32,000 bases of DNA from Nostoc sp. PCC 7120 = FACHB-418. GTDB lineage: Bacteria > Cyanobacteriota > Cyanobacteriia > Cyanobacteriales > Nostocaceae. The stretch spans positions 4,200,001 through 4,232,000 of the forward strand of contig NC_003272.1 of assembly GCF_000009705.1 (NCBI RefSeq), read 5' to 3'. Each line of letters starts with the position of its first letter. Position 1 is the first letter of the stretch. The translations under genes and the position numbers were made by a program. Below the pieces are notes generated by a model. That model was given only the letters and a program-made list of their open reading frames with translations. It did not search any database and was not told the origin of the DNA. This document shows, piece by piece, positions 14,035-22,174 of this stretch.

Positions 14035-17000
14035 TCATGCTGGATTAACATCACTAATACTCACTGAACATGAGCGATCGCCCAAGTCAATAAATAATTT
14101 TTCACCCATCATTGTAAGCACTTCAGCTTCTGAACCTTGGTAGCTAACTTTATCCCCTTGTTTAAATTTGTAGACCTTTTGAGAAATTACCTCAAAGCTA
14201 TCGCTGATAGGGATTTCATCTAATTGTGGCTTAGAAATTGTAGATAAGTGTACGTAATTTGTAGACTCTTGAGAAACAAGCTCAAAGCTATTTCTGGCAA
14301 TACTTTCGGAATAACAATCTTGATTTGTAGACGTTGTAGACGATTCTCCATGTAAATTCTCATCCAAGTTCACAACTGGAGTATCTGTTTGTGGCTCAAC
14401 CAATGTTTTGACCTTCACATCATGAGAAAAATCGTCTACATCGTCTACAAAATCAGACTGTTTTTTCTGTAATTCAGTTTTCACGATAGTTTCAGGAGAG
14501 AAACAATTATCTACAAATCGTCTACAATCATCTACAGAGTTTTGACTATTTTCTTCTGAACTTCTTGTTTTTACAGTGGTTGCGGCTTTTTTATCAGTAG
14601 CCAACAAATCGTCTACAACTTTATTGGTTCTAAACTCTAATCGTTTACCAGTTCCTCTTAATTCTCCGTAACCCATATCTACTGCCTTAGTCATCAGTTC
14701 TCTAACCTCGGCTGATTTCATCCGGCCTTTAGCGTTTTGCCTGAGGCTGACATCTCTTGCAGTGAGCCATCCTTCCTCACCCAGTAATTGGCGTTTTATA
14801 GAAAGCTTAATCATGGCTAAAATTGCAGACTGTGTTGATTCCCCAGCTATTTGTAGATGCACTGTCTGAATCTGTGTTAATAGATGCTCAACGATGCCCG
14901 CAGCCTGTTGTACTCGAATTAAGGGAATGATTGCTGGTGGAGTTTCACAAAAAGAATCTGATAGTTCATGGATGAGATGGAGATTTAAGGATACTCGTCC
15001 CAACAACCCTGTACACTTTTTCAAGAACTCTTTCAACGCACCGTTTGGAAGCCGTCCGGCTTCAAGTTGCCATTTATTGTCCACACTACGGAAATATTCG
15101 TAAACCTCATCTGTAATATGGTACGTCTGAGGCGCACAGTTAAGTGTTGCCCTGTACAGTCCTTGAAGCAGTCCAGTTAAGTCAATAACCGGTGCGCTCT
15201 CATCTGGTAGTAGACGTATATCTTCATTCAGTATTGAAAAAGTAAATCTGGGTAGTAATCCATCACTTGCGCCAATCTGAAAATATTGATGAAGTATGGA
15301 GGGTTGTAATCCACCAAGCCAAGCTGTGTTAGTTGCCCCAACACAAATGTTCTTTGACACTTTAGCTTCACTGAATCCATCACCATCATACAAACTGAGA
15401 AATTCTTGACGGTCATTACCTTGACCACGCTTGTATTGATTGAATCCACCAAACAAACCTGATAATTCATCAACAACATTCAGTATTGAGTATTCTGGTG
15501 CTTTTGCAATGTAATCTTTCAATCCTTCCAATGTGGAGCCAGTTAAATACATTTTGTTTACTGGCTTTGGTGCTTCTGGTTGTGGAGTGGATTTATCAGA
15601 TTTTTCCCATGCAGCTAAATCTCTGTTGTATTCTTCTGATTCTTCTTTAAATCGTTTAACTTCTTCCTCTCTTAGAGCATTTAGGGGCTTTTTAACCAAA
15701 GCTCTAAAGATGATTGACTTACCAGTTCCAGACTCACCAACTAAAGCATGGTTAATAGCTGGATTTTGATAAAATCCATTGTGCCTATTTCCGATCAGAA
15801 CCTGTGTACCAAGCATATGTGATGAGCTAACTACGCTGATTAAACACATCATTAATGAGGCCTCTGATAGCGATTGGTTGCGCCCAAATAACATTAAGGC
15901 TGTCGCTATTGTTCTTGGTAAGAACTGCCTAACATCTAAATTAATCTTGGAACATCTTAATACTGTTTGAATGTCTTCTCTTATCAGTTCATTATCTTCA
16001 GACTTACGATGTTCTGCTTCTACATTGCCTAGAAAATTGTCTAATTTTACAGGATAATACTTTTTGTTTGCCTCAGTTTTAAAACGACTTATTTCTGATT
16101 TTGAAACCTGAGAATCTAGCAAATTGATGTACTCAGCTTTAATATCGTCGTATGGAATGGTGGCTGTAGTGTGAATAAGAACTTTTGATGGTTGGGCGAT
16201 CGCCTGTTGGTGTTTCTCTGGGATGATATGACCTTTTGATCTAGCGATGTCTAAAGTGACTCTAAAAATTTCTTTGGTGTCACAGTTTTTATGGCAATGA
16301 AACTGTCCTGTATGCTCATTGATGTGTAGGCTATCGCTACTATTTCCCCCATGAACAGGACACTTACAAGTTATCCAGTTCTTACGCCCTCCAGGTTTAT
16401 AACCTTCTAGATATTGAGACAGCTTCCGCATATCAGCCCAATCATCAGCAACAAGTGGATTGCCTTGTAATTTTGCCTCATGGTATGGGATTAGTTCTCT
16501 CAAACTTTTGTAGGTGTATCGTTTTCCAGTATTAAGGATGATTTGAGTTTGTCCATTAACGACGTTCTCTGACGCGAAATGCCAACACCCGGCCAGTCTC
16601 ATCACCCTTGATGGATTTTTGAGCGAGCGATCTGCATCTGCGTACTCTAGTAAGTCAGCTTGCAGACTTTTCCACTGCTGAGGATCGATGAACTGCTCAA
16701 AAGTCCAATAACTATGTATAGACCTACCGCCAGTGTCTATCTGCAAACTTGGTTCTGGCAATTGGAGCGATCGCCATAATTCTCTCTGTACTTCTTTATC
16801 TAAATCGTCATGTTCAATAAAAAGTGCGCGACAGTTAGTGATATCTTGATCTCTATGTCCAGGGCCATTCACAACCAAGTAAACCCCTCTACCCTCTGAT
16901 TGAAATTGCCTAACAATTTCGACTAGTTCATCTAAATTATTAGTTTCTGCCTTTCTCCCCTTATCATTGGTTTTTCGTGGATCGTTGCTAGGATAAAAAG

Positions 17001-17112
17001 CGCGGAGACAGACTGCATCATTTTGATTAAATCCAAGAGCTTTAAGTTGTTGACAGATTTGAGCTACGTCAATTGTAGGAGCATTTGCTCCTTTGCCTGT
17101 TTGTGCATACAT
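14035..17112 (-). CDS. replicative primase-helicase (primase/Prim-Pol-like N-terminus, CHC2-like zinc finger, P-loop D5/DUF3987-like NTPase)
   Basis: Acidic motif ALFIEHDD in the N-terminal region. Zinc-finger-like CKCPVHGGNSSDSLHINEHTGQFHCHKNC. Walker A LVGESGTGKSII. The C-terminal roughly 180 aa is low-complexity with repeated VDD and ST(T/N) elements. Confidence 0.85.
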   Translation of the reverse strand: MYAQTGKGANAPTIDVAQICQQLKALGFNQNDAVCLRAFYPSNDPRKTNDKGRKAETNNLDELVEIVRQFQSEGRGVYLVVNGPGHRDQDITNCRALFIEHDDLDKEVQRELWRSLQLPEPSLQIDTGGRSIHSYWTFEQFIDPQQWKSLQADLLEYADADRSLKNPSRVMRLAGCWHFASENVVNGQTQIILNTGKRYTYKSLRELIPYHEAKLQGNPLVADDWADMRKLSQYLEGYKPGGRKNWITCKCPVHGGNSSDSLHINEHTGQFHCHKNCDTKEIFRVTLDIARSKGHIIPEKHQQAIAQPSKVLIHTTATIPYDDIKAEYINLLDSQVSKSEISRFKTEANKKYYPVKLDNFLGNVEAEHRKSEDNELIREDIQTVLRCSKINLDVRQFLPRTIATALMLFGRNQSLSEASLMMCLISVVSSSHMLGTQVLIGNRHNGFYQNPAINHALVGESGTGKSIIFRALVKKPLNALREEEVKRFKEESEEYNRDLAAWEKSDKSTPQPEAPKPVNKMYLTGSTLEGLKDYIAKAPEYSILNVVDELSGLFGGFNQYKRGQGNDRQEFLSLYDGDGFSEAKVSKNICVGATNTAWLGGLQPSILHQYFQIGASDGLLPRFTFSILNEDIRLLPDESAPVIDLTGLLQGLYRATLNCAPQTYHITDEVYEYFRSVDNKWQLEAGRLPNGALKEFLKKCTGLLGRVSLNLHLIHELSDSFCETPPAIIPLIRVQQAAGIVEHLLTQIQTVHLQIAGESTQSAILAMIKLSIKRQLLGEEGWLTARDVSLRQNAKGRMKSAEVRELMTKAVDMGYGELRGTGKRLEFRTNKVVDDLLATDKKAATTVKTRSSEENSQNSVDDCRRFVDNCFSPETIVKTELQKKQSDFVDDVDDFSHDVKVKTLVEPQTDTPVVNLDENLHGESSTTSTNQDCYSESIARNSFELVSQESTNYVHLSTISKPQLDEIPISDSFEVISQKVYKFKQGDKVSYQGSEAEVLTMMGEKLFIDLGDRSCSVSISDVNPA
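14168..14618. repeat. inverted iteron array (TTGTAGAC / GTCTACAA), candidate replication origin inside the primase 3' coding end
   Basis: Five copies of TTGTAGA(C/T) start at 14168, 14238, 14259, 14325 and 14334. Six inverted copies of (G/A)TCTACA start at 14434, 14443, 14509, 14520, 14530 and 14611. They are roughly symmetric about position 14388. Confidence 0.7.
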
Positions 17113-17440
17113 GGCGATTTGTTATCCTTTATGCTAATAAATATTTAGAAATGCTTTGATGAACTGTTTGAGTACAATGACTTAGAAGTTTTGTCATCGG
17201 CTTCATACTCAATATCTTTGTTTTTATCCCGTTCTAAAAACTTATGTTGTCTTGTTTCAGAGCAACTAATAGCGGGAAATTCATTTTTGCACAGTCACTT
17301 AATTCTTTAATTGCGCTCTCTTAAGAGTTTGTCTTTTCTGGGGTAAAAATCATGAGTTTAGTTCACCCCTTTATGCACGAATAATCTTATATATTTGCTC
17401 TGAGGAGCGGTTGAATCTTGTTTTTGATAATTCTCGTGTA

Positions 17441-17707
17441 TCAATTGACCTTCCTTCCTCTTTTCTGTGGTTGATTAGATGGAAGGGACTGAAGATAAAT
17501 ATCTATCGCTCTTTGATGCGCCTGTGGATTATCTCTATTAGCAATCCAATCGAGTATTAAAGTAATGTTGTAAAGCGTAGTTCTGGAATTTATTTTTTGC
17601 CAATGGATTCCTTCTTCCCAAATCCCTTTGAGCCGATATCGCTTAAATGTTTCAGATGATAAACCTATTTGTTCTGATAGCTGTCTTTTGCTAACAAAAT
17701 AGTTCAT
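17441..17707 (-). CDS. AlpA/excisionase-like helix-turn-helix DNA-binding protein
   Basis: 88 aa. The HTH-like segment is KRQLSEQIGLSSETFKRYRLKG followed by IHWQKI. Its position between integrase and primase matches Xis/AlpA genes of integrative elements. Confidence 0.65.
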   Translation of the reverse strand: MNYFVSKRQLSEQIGLSSETFKRYRLKGIWEEGIHWQKINSRTTLYNITLILDWIANRDNPQAHQRAIDIYLQSLPSNQPQKRGRKVN

Positions 17708-17757
17708 ATCGGAGTTATTGTTAACGAACTAATCCAATATGAACCATTTTTACCAAT

Positions 17758-18492
17758 CTAGCGCGAAAGCGACTTTTCTTTTGTAACCCTTACCAGATAG
17801 CCTTTTTGACTGATTGATTCTTTTTTTCTACCTTGTCTTTGCAATTTTCCCTTAAAATAGATTCTGATTCTATCTTTTTTCATAAAAGCGGTAATTTTCT
17901 GCCTAGCTACCACAACAGGCATATAAAATCTTTTCCTAAACTCATCATCAACATTTGCTAACTTGATTGCCAAATCCATAATTTTCCATGTATGAGGGCT
18001 TTCTTCTCGATCAAAAGGATTTTCGCATCCTTGGAGTTCCCTATTTTGATGTTGTCTAAGAGCTAAATACTTTTTAACTCTCAGTTTCCCGCCTGAGTAA
18101 GTAGCAATAAAAACCATAAGGTCTCCCTCTTCTACCAATTCACGCAGCAAATGAGCAGGATGAGTAGCGAAAGAGTTGAGATTGGACATTTTTTCAAGCA
18201 TTTGATAAACAGATTTCCATAAATCTACCTCTGGCATAATTATCGGCTTTAATATTTTATCTACATTCCATTTAGCAAATTTATTATCAATAATTTGTCG
18301 ATAAAATTCTCCAACTACAAGCTGACGATACTTTATGATTAATCGTCCTGTATCTGTTTGCATCAAATCTTGGTTTTTTTCCTCAGATGTAAGTTCATTT
18401 AAAACACCACGAATAAAAATTTTAGAATGAAAATAAACTGATACAGGAGAAATACCATAAGGCATGGGTAAGAGTAACTTTTTTGTGTACAT
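17758..18492 (-). CDS. hypothetical protein (244 aa), element cargo or regulator
   Basis: Clean ORF between the integrase and the AlpA-like gene. No motifs recognised. Confidence 0.6.
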   Translation of the reverse strand: MYTKKLLLPMPYGISPVSVYFHSKIFIRGVLNELTSEEKNQDLMQTDTGRLIIKYRQLVVGEFYRQIIDNKFAKWNVDKILKPIIMPEVDLWKSVYQMLEKMSNLNSFATHPAHLLRELVEEGDLMVFIATYSGGKLRVKKYLALRQHQNRELQGCENPFDREESPHTWKIMDLAIKLANVDDEFRKRFYMPVVVARQKITAFMKKDRIRIYFKGKLQRQGRKKESISQKGYLVRVTKEKSLSR

Positions 18493-18694
18493 AACTTTCT
18501 CCGTTTTACTAATGTTTGTTAATTAAAACGGCTCTTCAGTTCATTTTATGGAACAGAATAATAAATAAAACCCAAAGATAGCCTGTATTCATTGCTGTGA
18601 CTGGGTTTTAAGTTTTTGAGCCTTTCTATAAAACTGTGATTTTAATGCTCCACCATAAAACCAACGCAAGAGCCATTAAAACCAGTTATACAGA

Positions 18695-19882
18695 TTAATC
18701 AATGGGACGTAAATTCAGCATTTTTAGATAATCTGCATAATGCTTTTCAATCATCTCAACGCTGGTATCGCACCATTTGCCTATGACTGATTCGGAAACG
18801 CCTTTAAGAATTTGAATAGTGATGAAGGTATCTCTACAACTATAAGGTGTAGTGTTTGGTTTAATCTGGTCAACAATTCTATTCCAGGCATTATTACAAA
18901 AATTGTTGTAGTTGATTACTTTTCCCTTTGGACTAGGAAAAACCAAATCATCTAAATAAGGATTTTCAGGTTTGATAGATATGAGTAAATTTCGTAATCT
19001 TTCTGAACAAGGGAATTGCCGTTTTTTGTTGTTTTTAGATCCCTGTACTCTTGTAGGGATACCATTTCCCGATGTTGTCACTGACTCTTCAAAGCGAATA
19101 TAACCACAGTCCTCTGCTATGTGCTTCCATTGAAGCCCAATTGCTTCTGATGGACGACAACCTGTCAGGAATAAAAATTCTACAAGTGAAGCATAATGAC
19201 TATAACTGATGCCTGTATAGCCTCTACCGTTCCAATTTCCCCGATGATCTTTAAATGCTTTAATAATTTTTTCTCTTTCTTGTTCTGAAAAAGCATTGGG
19301 TTTAGGTTCCAATTGATAACGGTACTTTGGCATCTCGTTAGCCATTCCCACATAAGGGTTAGAGTCAATCAACTTATGTTTTACAGCCCAGTTGCAAGCT
19401 GCATTAAGTTGAATCAATGCCCGCTTGGTTTGCCCTACTGTAGTTATCCTCTCCAATTCTGCTTTCACTTTAAGAGCATCCGGCAGTGGTATATTGCCTA
19501 AACGTTGGAACAGTTTGGTGAAGCTATTGTGGTATCCCTTAGTTGTTTCCTTGAGGCTTGATGATTTGTAATTGATATAACTTTCCCAAAGTTCTGTTAT
19601 TTTGGGTGTAAATTTGGGTGTAATGTCAGGTTCAACGGTACTCAGCACTGATTGAGGCTTGTACTTGTCCAGTGTTGGATCAAAATTTCCTGAAGCAATA
19701 TCCAACTCAATCTGATTCTTTTTTGCTTCTGCTGCTTTACGGCTTATTTTTGTATCGGGTAAACCAAGAGATAAATAGTATCTTTTCCCTCCATAACGAA
19801 ATCGTAGTTGTAACCGTCCATTGGAATCAATAATAGAGACATTTCCCTTGGGTACTTTCCCTGTAGGTGTTTTGGTGTACAT
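18695..19882 (-). CDS. int: tyrosine recombinase / phage-type integrase
   Basis: Catalytic-domain boxes LFLTGCRPSEAIGLQWKHI (Arg I), TPYSCRDTFITI (YxxR where HxxR is usual) and the C-terminal VEMIEKHYADY (Tyr nucleophile region). It sits next to the tRNA 3' end. Confidence 0.9.
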   Translation of the reverse strand: MYTKTPTGKVPKGNVSIIDSNGRLQLRFRYGGKRYYLSLGLPDTKISRKAAEAKKNQIELDIASGNFDPTLDKYKPQSVLSTVEPDITPKFTPKITELWESYINYKSSSLKETTKGYHNSFTKLFQRLGNIPLPDALKVKAELERITTVGQTKRALIQLNAACNWAVKHKLIDSNPYVGMANEMPKYRYQLEPKPNAFSEQEREKIIKAFKDHRGNWNGRGYTGISYSHYASLVEFLFLTGCRPSEAIGLQWKHIAEDCGYIRFEESVTTSGNGIPTRVQGSKNNKKRQFPCSERLRNLLISIKPENPYLDDLVFPSPKGKVINYNNFCNNAWNRIVDQIKPNTTPYSCRDTFITIQILKGVSESVIGKWCDTSVEMIEKHYADYLKMLNLRPID

Positions 19883-19921
19883 ATTACACTGTTTTTCGCT
19901 GATTATAGTACATCAGTTCGC

Positions 19922-19964
19922 TACACCCAATTTACACCCAATTTACCCTAAACAGACCCAATTT
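19922..19964. repeat. direct repeats ACACCCAATTT (two full units plus a third partial), candidate integrase arm-type sites
   Basis: TACACCCAATTT at 19922-19933 and 19933-19944, and ACCCAATTT at 19956-19964. Two inverted tandem copies (TTTGGGTGTA, AATTTGGGTGTA) lie at 19601-19622 inside the int 5' coding region. Confidence 0.6.
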
Positions 19965-20013
19965 TTTGTTCAAGTATGGTACTTAAGTACTATTAAATTA
20001 AGTATCTTATAAA

Positions 20014-20050
20014 CACAAAAAACCCTTGTAAGGCTTAACTCACAAGGGTT
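20014..20050 (-). terminator. intrinsic terminator of tRNA-Gly
   Basis: On the minus strand the stem is AACCCTTGT / ACAAGGGTT (9 bp, 12-nt loop) followed by TTTTGTGTTT. It begins 10 nt after the tRNA 3' end. Confidence 0.75.
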
Positions 20051-20060
20051 TTAAGATAAG

Positions 20061-20131
20061 AGCGGGCGGCGGGAATCGAACCCGCATTAATAGCTTGGAA
20101 GGCTATAGTTTTACCACTAAACTACGCCCGC
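20061..20131 (-). tRNA. tRNA-Gly (anticodon UCC)
   Basis: The reverse complement GCGGGCGTAGTTTAGTGGTAAAACTATAGCCTTCCAAGCTATTAATGCGGGTTCGATTCCCGCCGCCCGCT folds as a cloverleaf. Acceptor GCGGGCG/CGCCCGC, anticodon stem ATAGC/GCTAT, loop CTTCCAA (TCC), T-arm GCGGG-TTCGATT-CCCGC, discriminator T. CCA is not encoded. Confidence 0.92.
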
Positions 20132-20331
20132 GCTAACAACGCTTCAGTTATTGAAGCCGTAACCCGATACATAAGCTCCGGTTTAAGCAATAGACATGAT
20201 TTTCTATTGCTTTGTAGGTCTTTATGTATGAACTTCGACAAGTATAGCAGAAAATCTACTAAGAGTGCAAACCACAATAATGAATACAGATTTGCACTGA
20301 AGCTCATACCAAAAACATATCTTTAATAACG

Positions 20332-20365
20332 GCGTTACATAAATGTGGGATGATTTATGTAACGC
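20332..20365. repeat. perfect 13-bp inverted repeat (hairpin or operator)
   Basis: GCGTTACATAAAT (20332-20344) and ATTTATGTAACGC (20353-20365) separated by the 8-nt loop GTGGGATG. Confidence 0.8.
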
Positions 20366-20668
20366 AGAGAAGCAGGGAGCATAAGGAGTTTGAGGTTTAA
20401 ATACCTCCACTTTCATCTCATGATTCAGCAATTCCCTTTTAACTGATATCTCACTTAGCATTTTGGATTAAATTTAAACTTCTAGGACTAAAGGCTGAAG
20501 CCCATGAAAGGGGAACAAGTTCTGAATCAAGACTCAAGTCTCTATGGTTTCAGATCCAATGTACCCACATTGAAAATATCAATGTCTGTCAAGAGTAATA
20601 TTTCGGTATTTTTATGTTAAGATTTGACAAAATCTAGATAGTGCGTCGATAACAACAGCCGTCGTGTT

Positions 20669-21592
20669 GTGTCAAAAATAACTAAAAAGGCTGTTAAAAG
20701 AGGGAATATGCGTTTAATTCAAATATTAGAGGCTAAACCTAAATCATTTTCAATTTTATTAAGTATATTTACGGTTGGTCTCATAGGGTTAATTGACTAC
20801 TGTATTTCTCCTGAAATTTCTGTATCAATCTTATATTTACTTCCCATTGGCATTGCTGCATGGTTCGTCAACCAACATACAGGATTTTTCATAGCAGTAA
20901 GCAGTGATATTACTAATCTTTTAGTTAATCAAATTCAAGATCAATACCATTTACATCCGTTAATTCATTTTTGGAATGCACTGGTAATTTTAAGTTTTTT
21001 TCTATTTGTTAGTCATCTGCTTTCACAACTTAAAACTACATTAATCAATTTAGAGAAATTAGCACGTACAGATAATCTCACTGGGTTGACCAATCGAGGC
21101 TTTTTTTTAGATATAGTCAATAGCGAGATTGAAAAATCTTTGAGGCACAGAGAACCTCTCACACTGGCTTATTTTGATGTTGATAATTTCAAACAAATTA
21201 ACGATCAGTTTGGACATAGTTTTGGCGATCGCCTGCTGCAAATAATAGCAAAAAGTACTACTAACACTCTACGTAAAATAGATGTAATTGCTAGACTTGG
21301 TGGTGATGAATTTGCTATTTTATTACCGCGTACAAGTTATGAATCAGCAGAAGTAGTACTTCACCGATTGCATACAGTTCTTCTAGCTTCTATGAAGAAG
21401 GAAAATTTATCGGTAACTTTTAGTATTGGTGCTATTACTTTTAATAATCCGCCAAAATCAGTGGCTGAAATTATCGAAATTGCTGATAATTTAATGTATT
21501 TGGCTAAAAAGAAAGGTAAAAATTTATTGCAGCATGAATTGTGTGACTGGAAAGTGGGGAGTGAAGAATGGAAGGTTGTGAATAGTAAGTAA
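20669..21592 (+). CDS. membrane-anchored diguanylate cyclase (GGDEF domain with I-site)
   Basis: The N-terminus is hydrophobic with multiple TM segments. GGDEF active site ARLGGDEFAILLP, with RKID (RxxD I-site) five residues upstream, and YFDVDNFKQINDQFGH. The start is ambiguous: GTG at 20669 or ATG at 20708. Confidence 0.9.
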   Translation: MSKITKKAVKRGNMRLIQILEAKPKSFSILLSIFTVGLIGLIDYCISPEISVSILYLLPIGIAAWFVNQHTGFFIAVSSDITNLLVNQIQDQYHLHPLIHFWNALVILSFFLFVSHLLSQLKTTLINLEKLARTDNLTGLTNRGFFLDIVNSEIEKSLRHREPLTLAYFDVDNFKQINDQFGHSFGDRLLQIIAKSTTNTLRKIDVIARLGGDEFAILLPRTSYESAEVVLHRLHTVLLASMKKENLSVTFSIGAITFNNPPKSVAEIIEIADNLMYLAKKKGKNLLQHELCDWKVGSEEWKVVNSK

Positions 21593-22174
21593 GTTTTGAA
21601 TTACTATAAATTACGAAAATACCCCGGCTATGTAACCGAGGTGATTAGGAGAAGTCCAAATGTCAATTAAAAATATAAATACTGAGTCTAAATTTGGTTA
21701 ACTTGCAATATAGAAAAAAACTTTTGTTGTTGTATGTAAAATATTGTAACGGGTTTGTTACGCATTGGTCAACAACAATTGACATTAAAAATTTTATAAG
21801 AATTATAATTTATTGTTATAGTTTAGATGACTAAGCAGAAAATTTCTTTAATGGTTCTGAATTAACTTGAGCAATAAGCTATTACGCTTTGAAATTACAT
21901 AGTCCCTTGTAGGTTTGTTGACTGCTGTTAACCGTCAACAGGTAACACTAAAAGATGTGCAAGTTAAAGCAAGGACAGCTTACTCGGCGTTTAAAAAAGT
22001 TACAAATTGATAGTAGGGGACAAAAAATTAGAAGATATTTGTCAATGCGCCACGCCTCGGCATCATTCCCATTGTAAAAAATTAATTAGTCAGCCAGACA
22101 AGTGGCACAGCGATCGCATAAATATAGACTAAGCCAATGATGATGTTACGTATATACTGATACGTCTGCGATTT

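Larger units (their letters stand above)
13299..20050 (-). mobile_element. tRNA-Gly-associated integrative element (int, AlpA-like, primase-helicase with ori; P4/PICI-like gene order)
   Basis: Same-strand module int / ORF244 / alpA-like / pri-hel / ORF195, abutting the 3' end of tRNA-Gly. The left boundary is unresolved because I found no direct repeat of the tRNA 3' end in the window. Confidence 0.55.

Noticed and set aside
14894-15970. Short ORFs inside the primase-helicase gene: plus-strand, antisense to it (14894-15103, 15533-15769, 15779-15970), and one same-strand off-frame (15228-15479)
   Set aside because: They are shadow ORFs within a 3-kb gene that has Walker A and zinc-finger motifs in the annotated frame.
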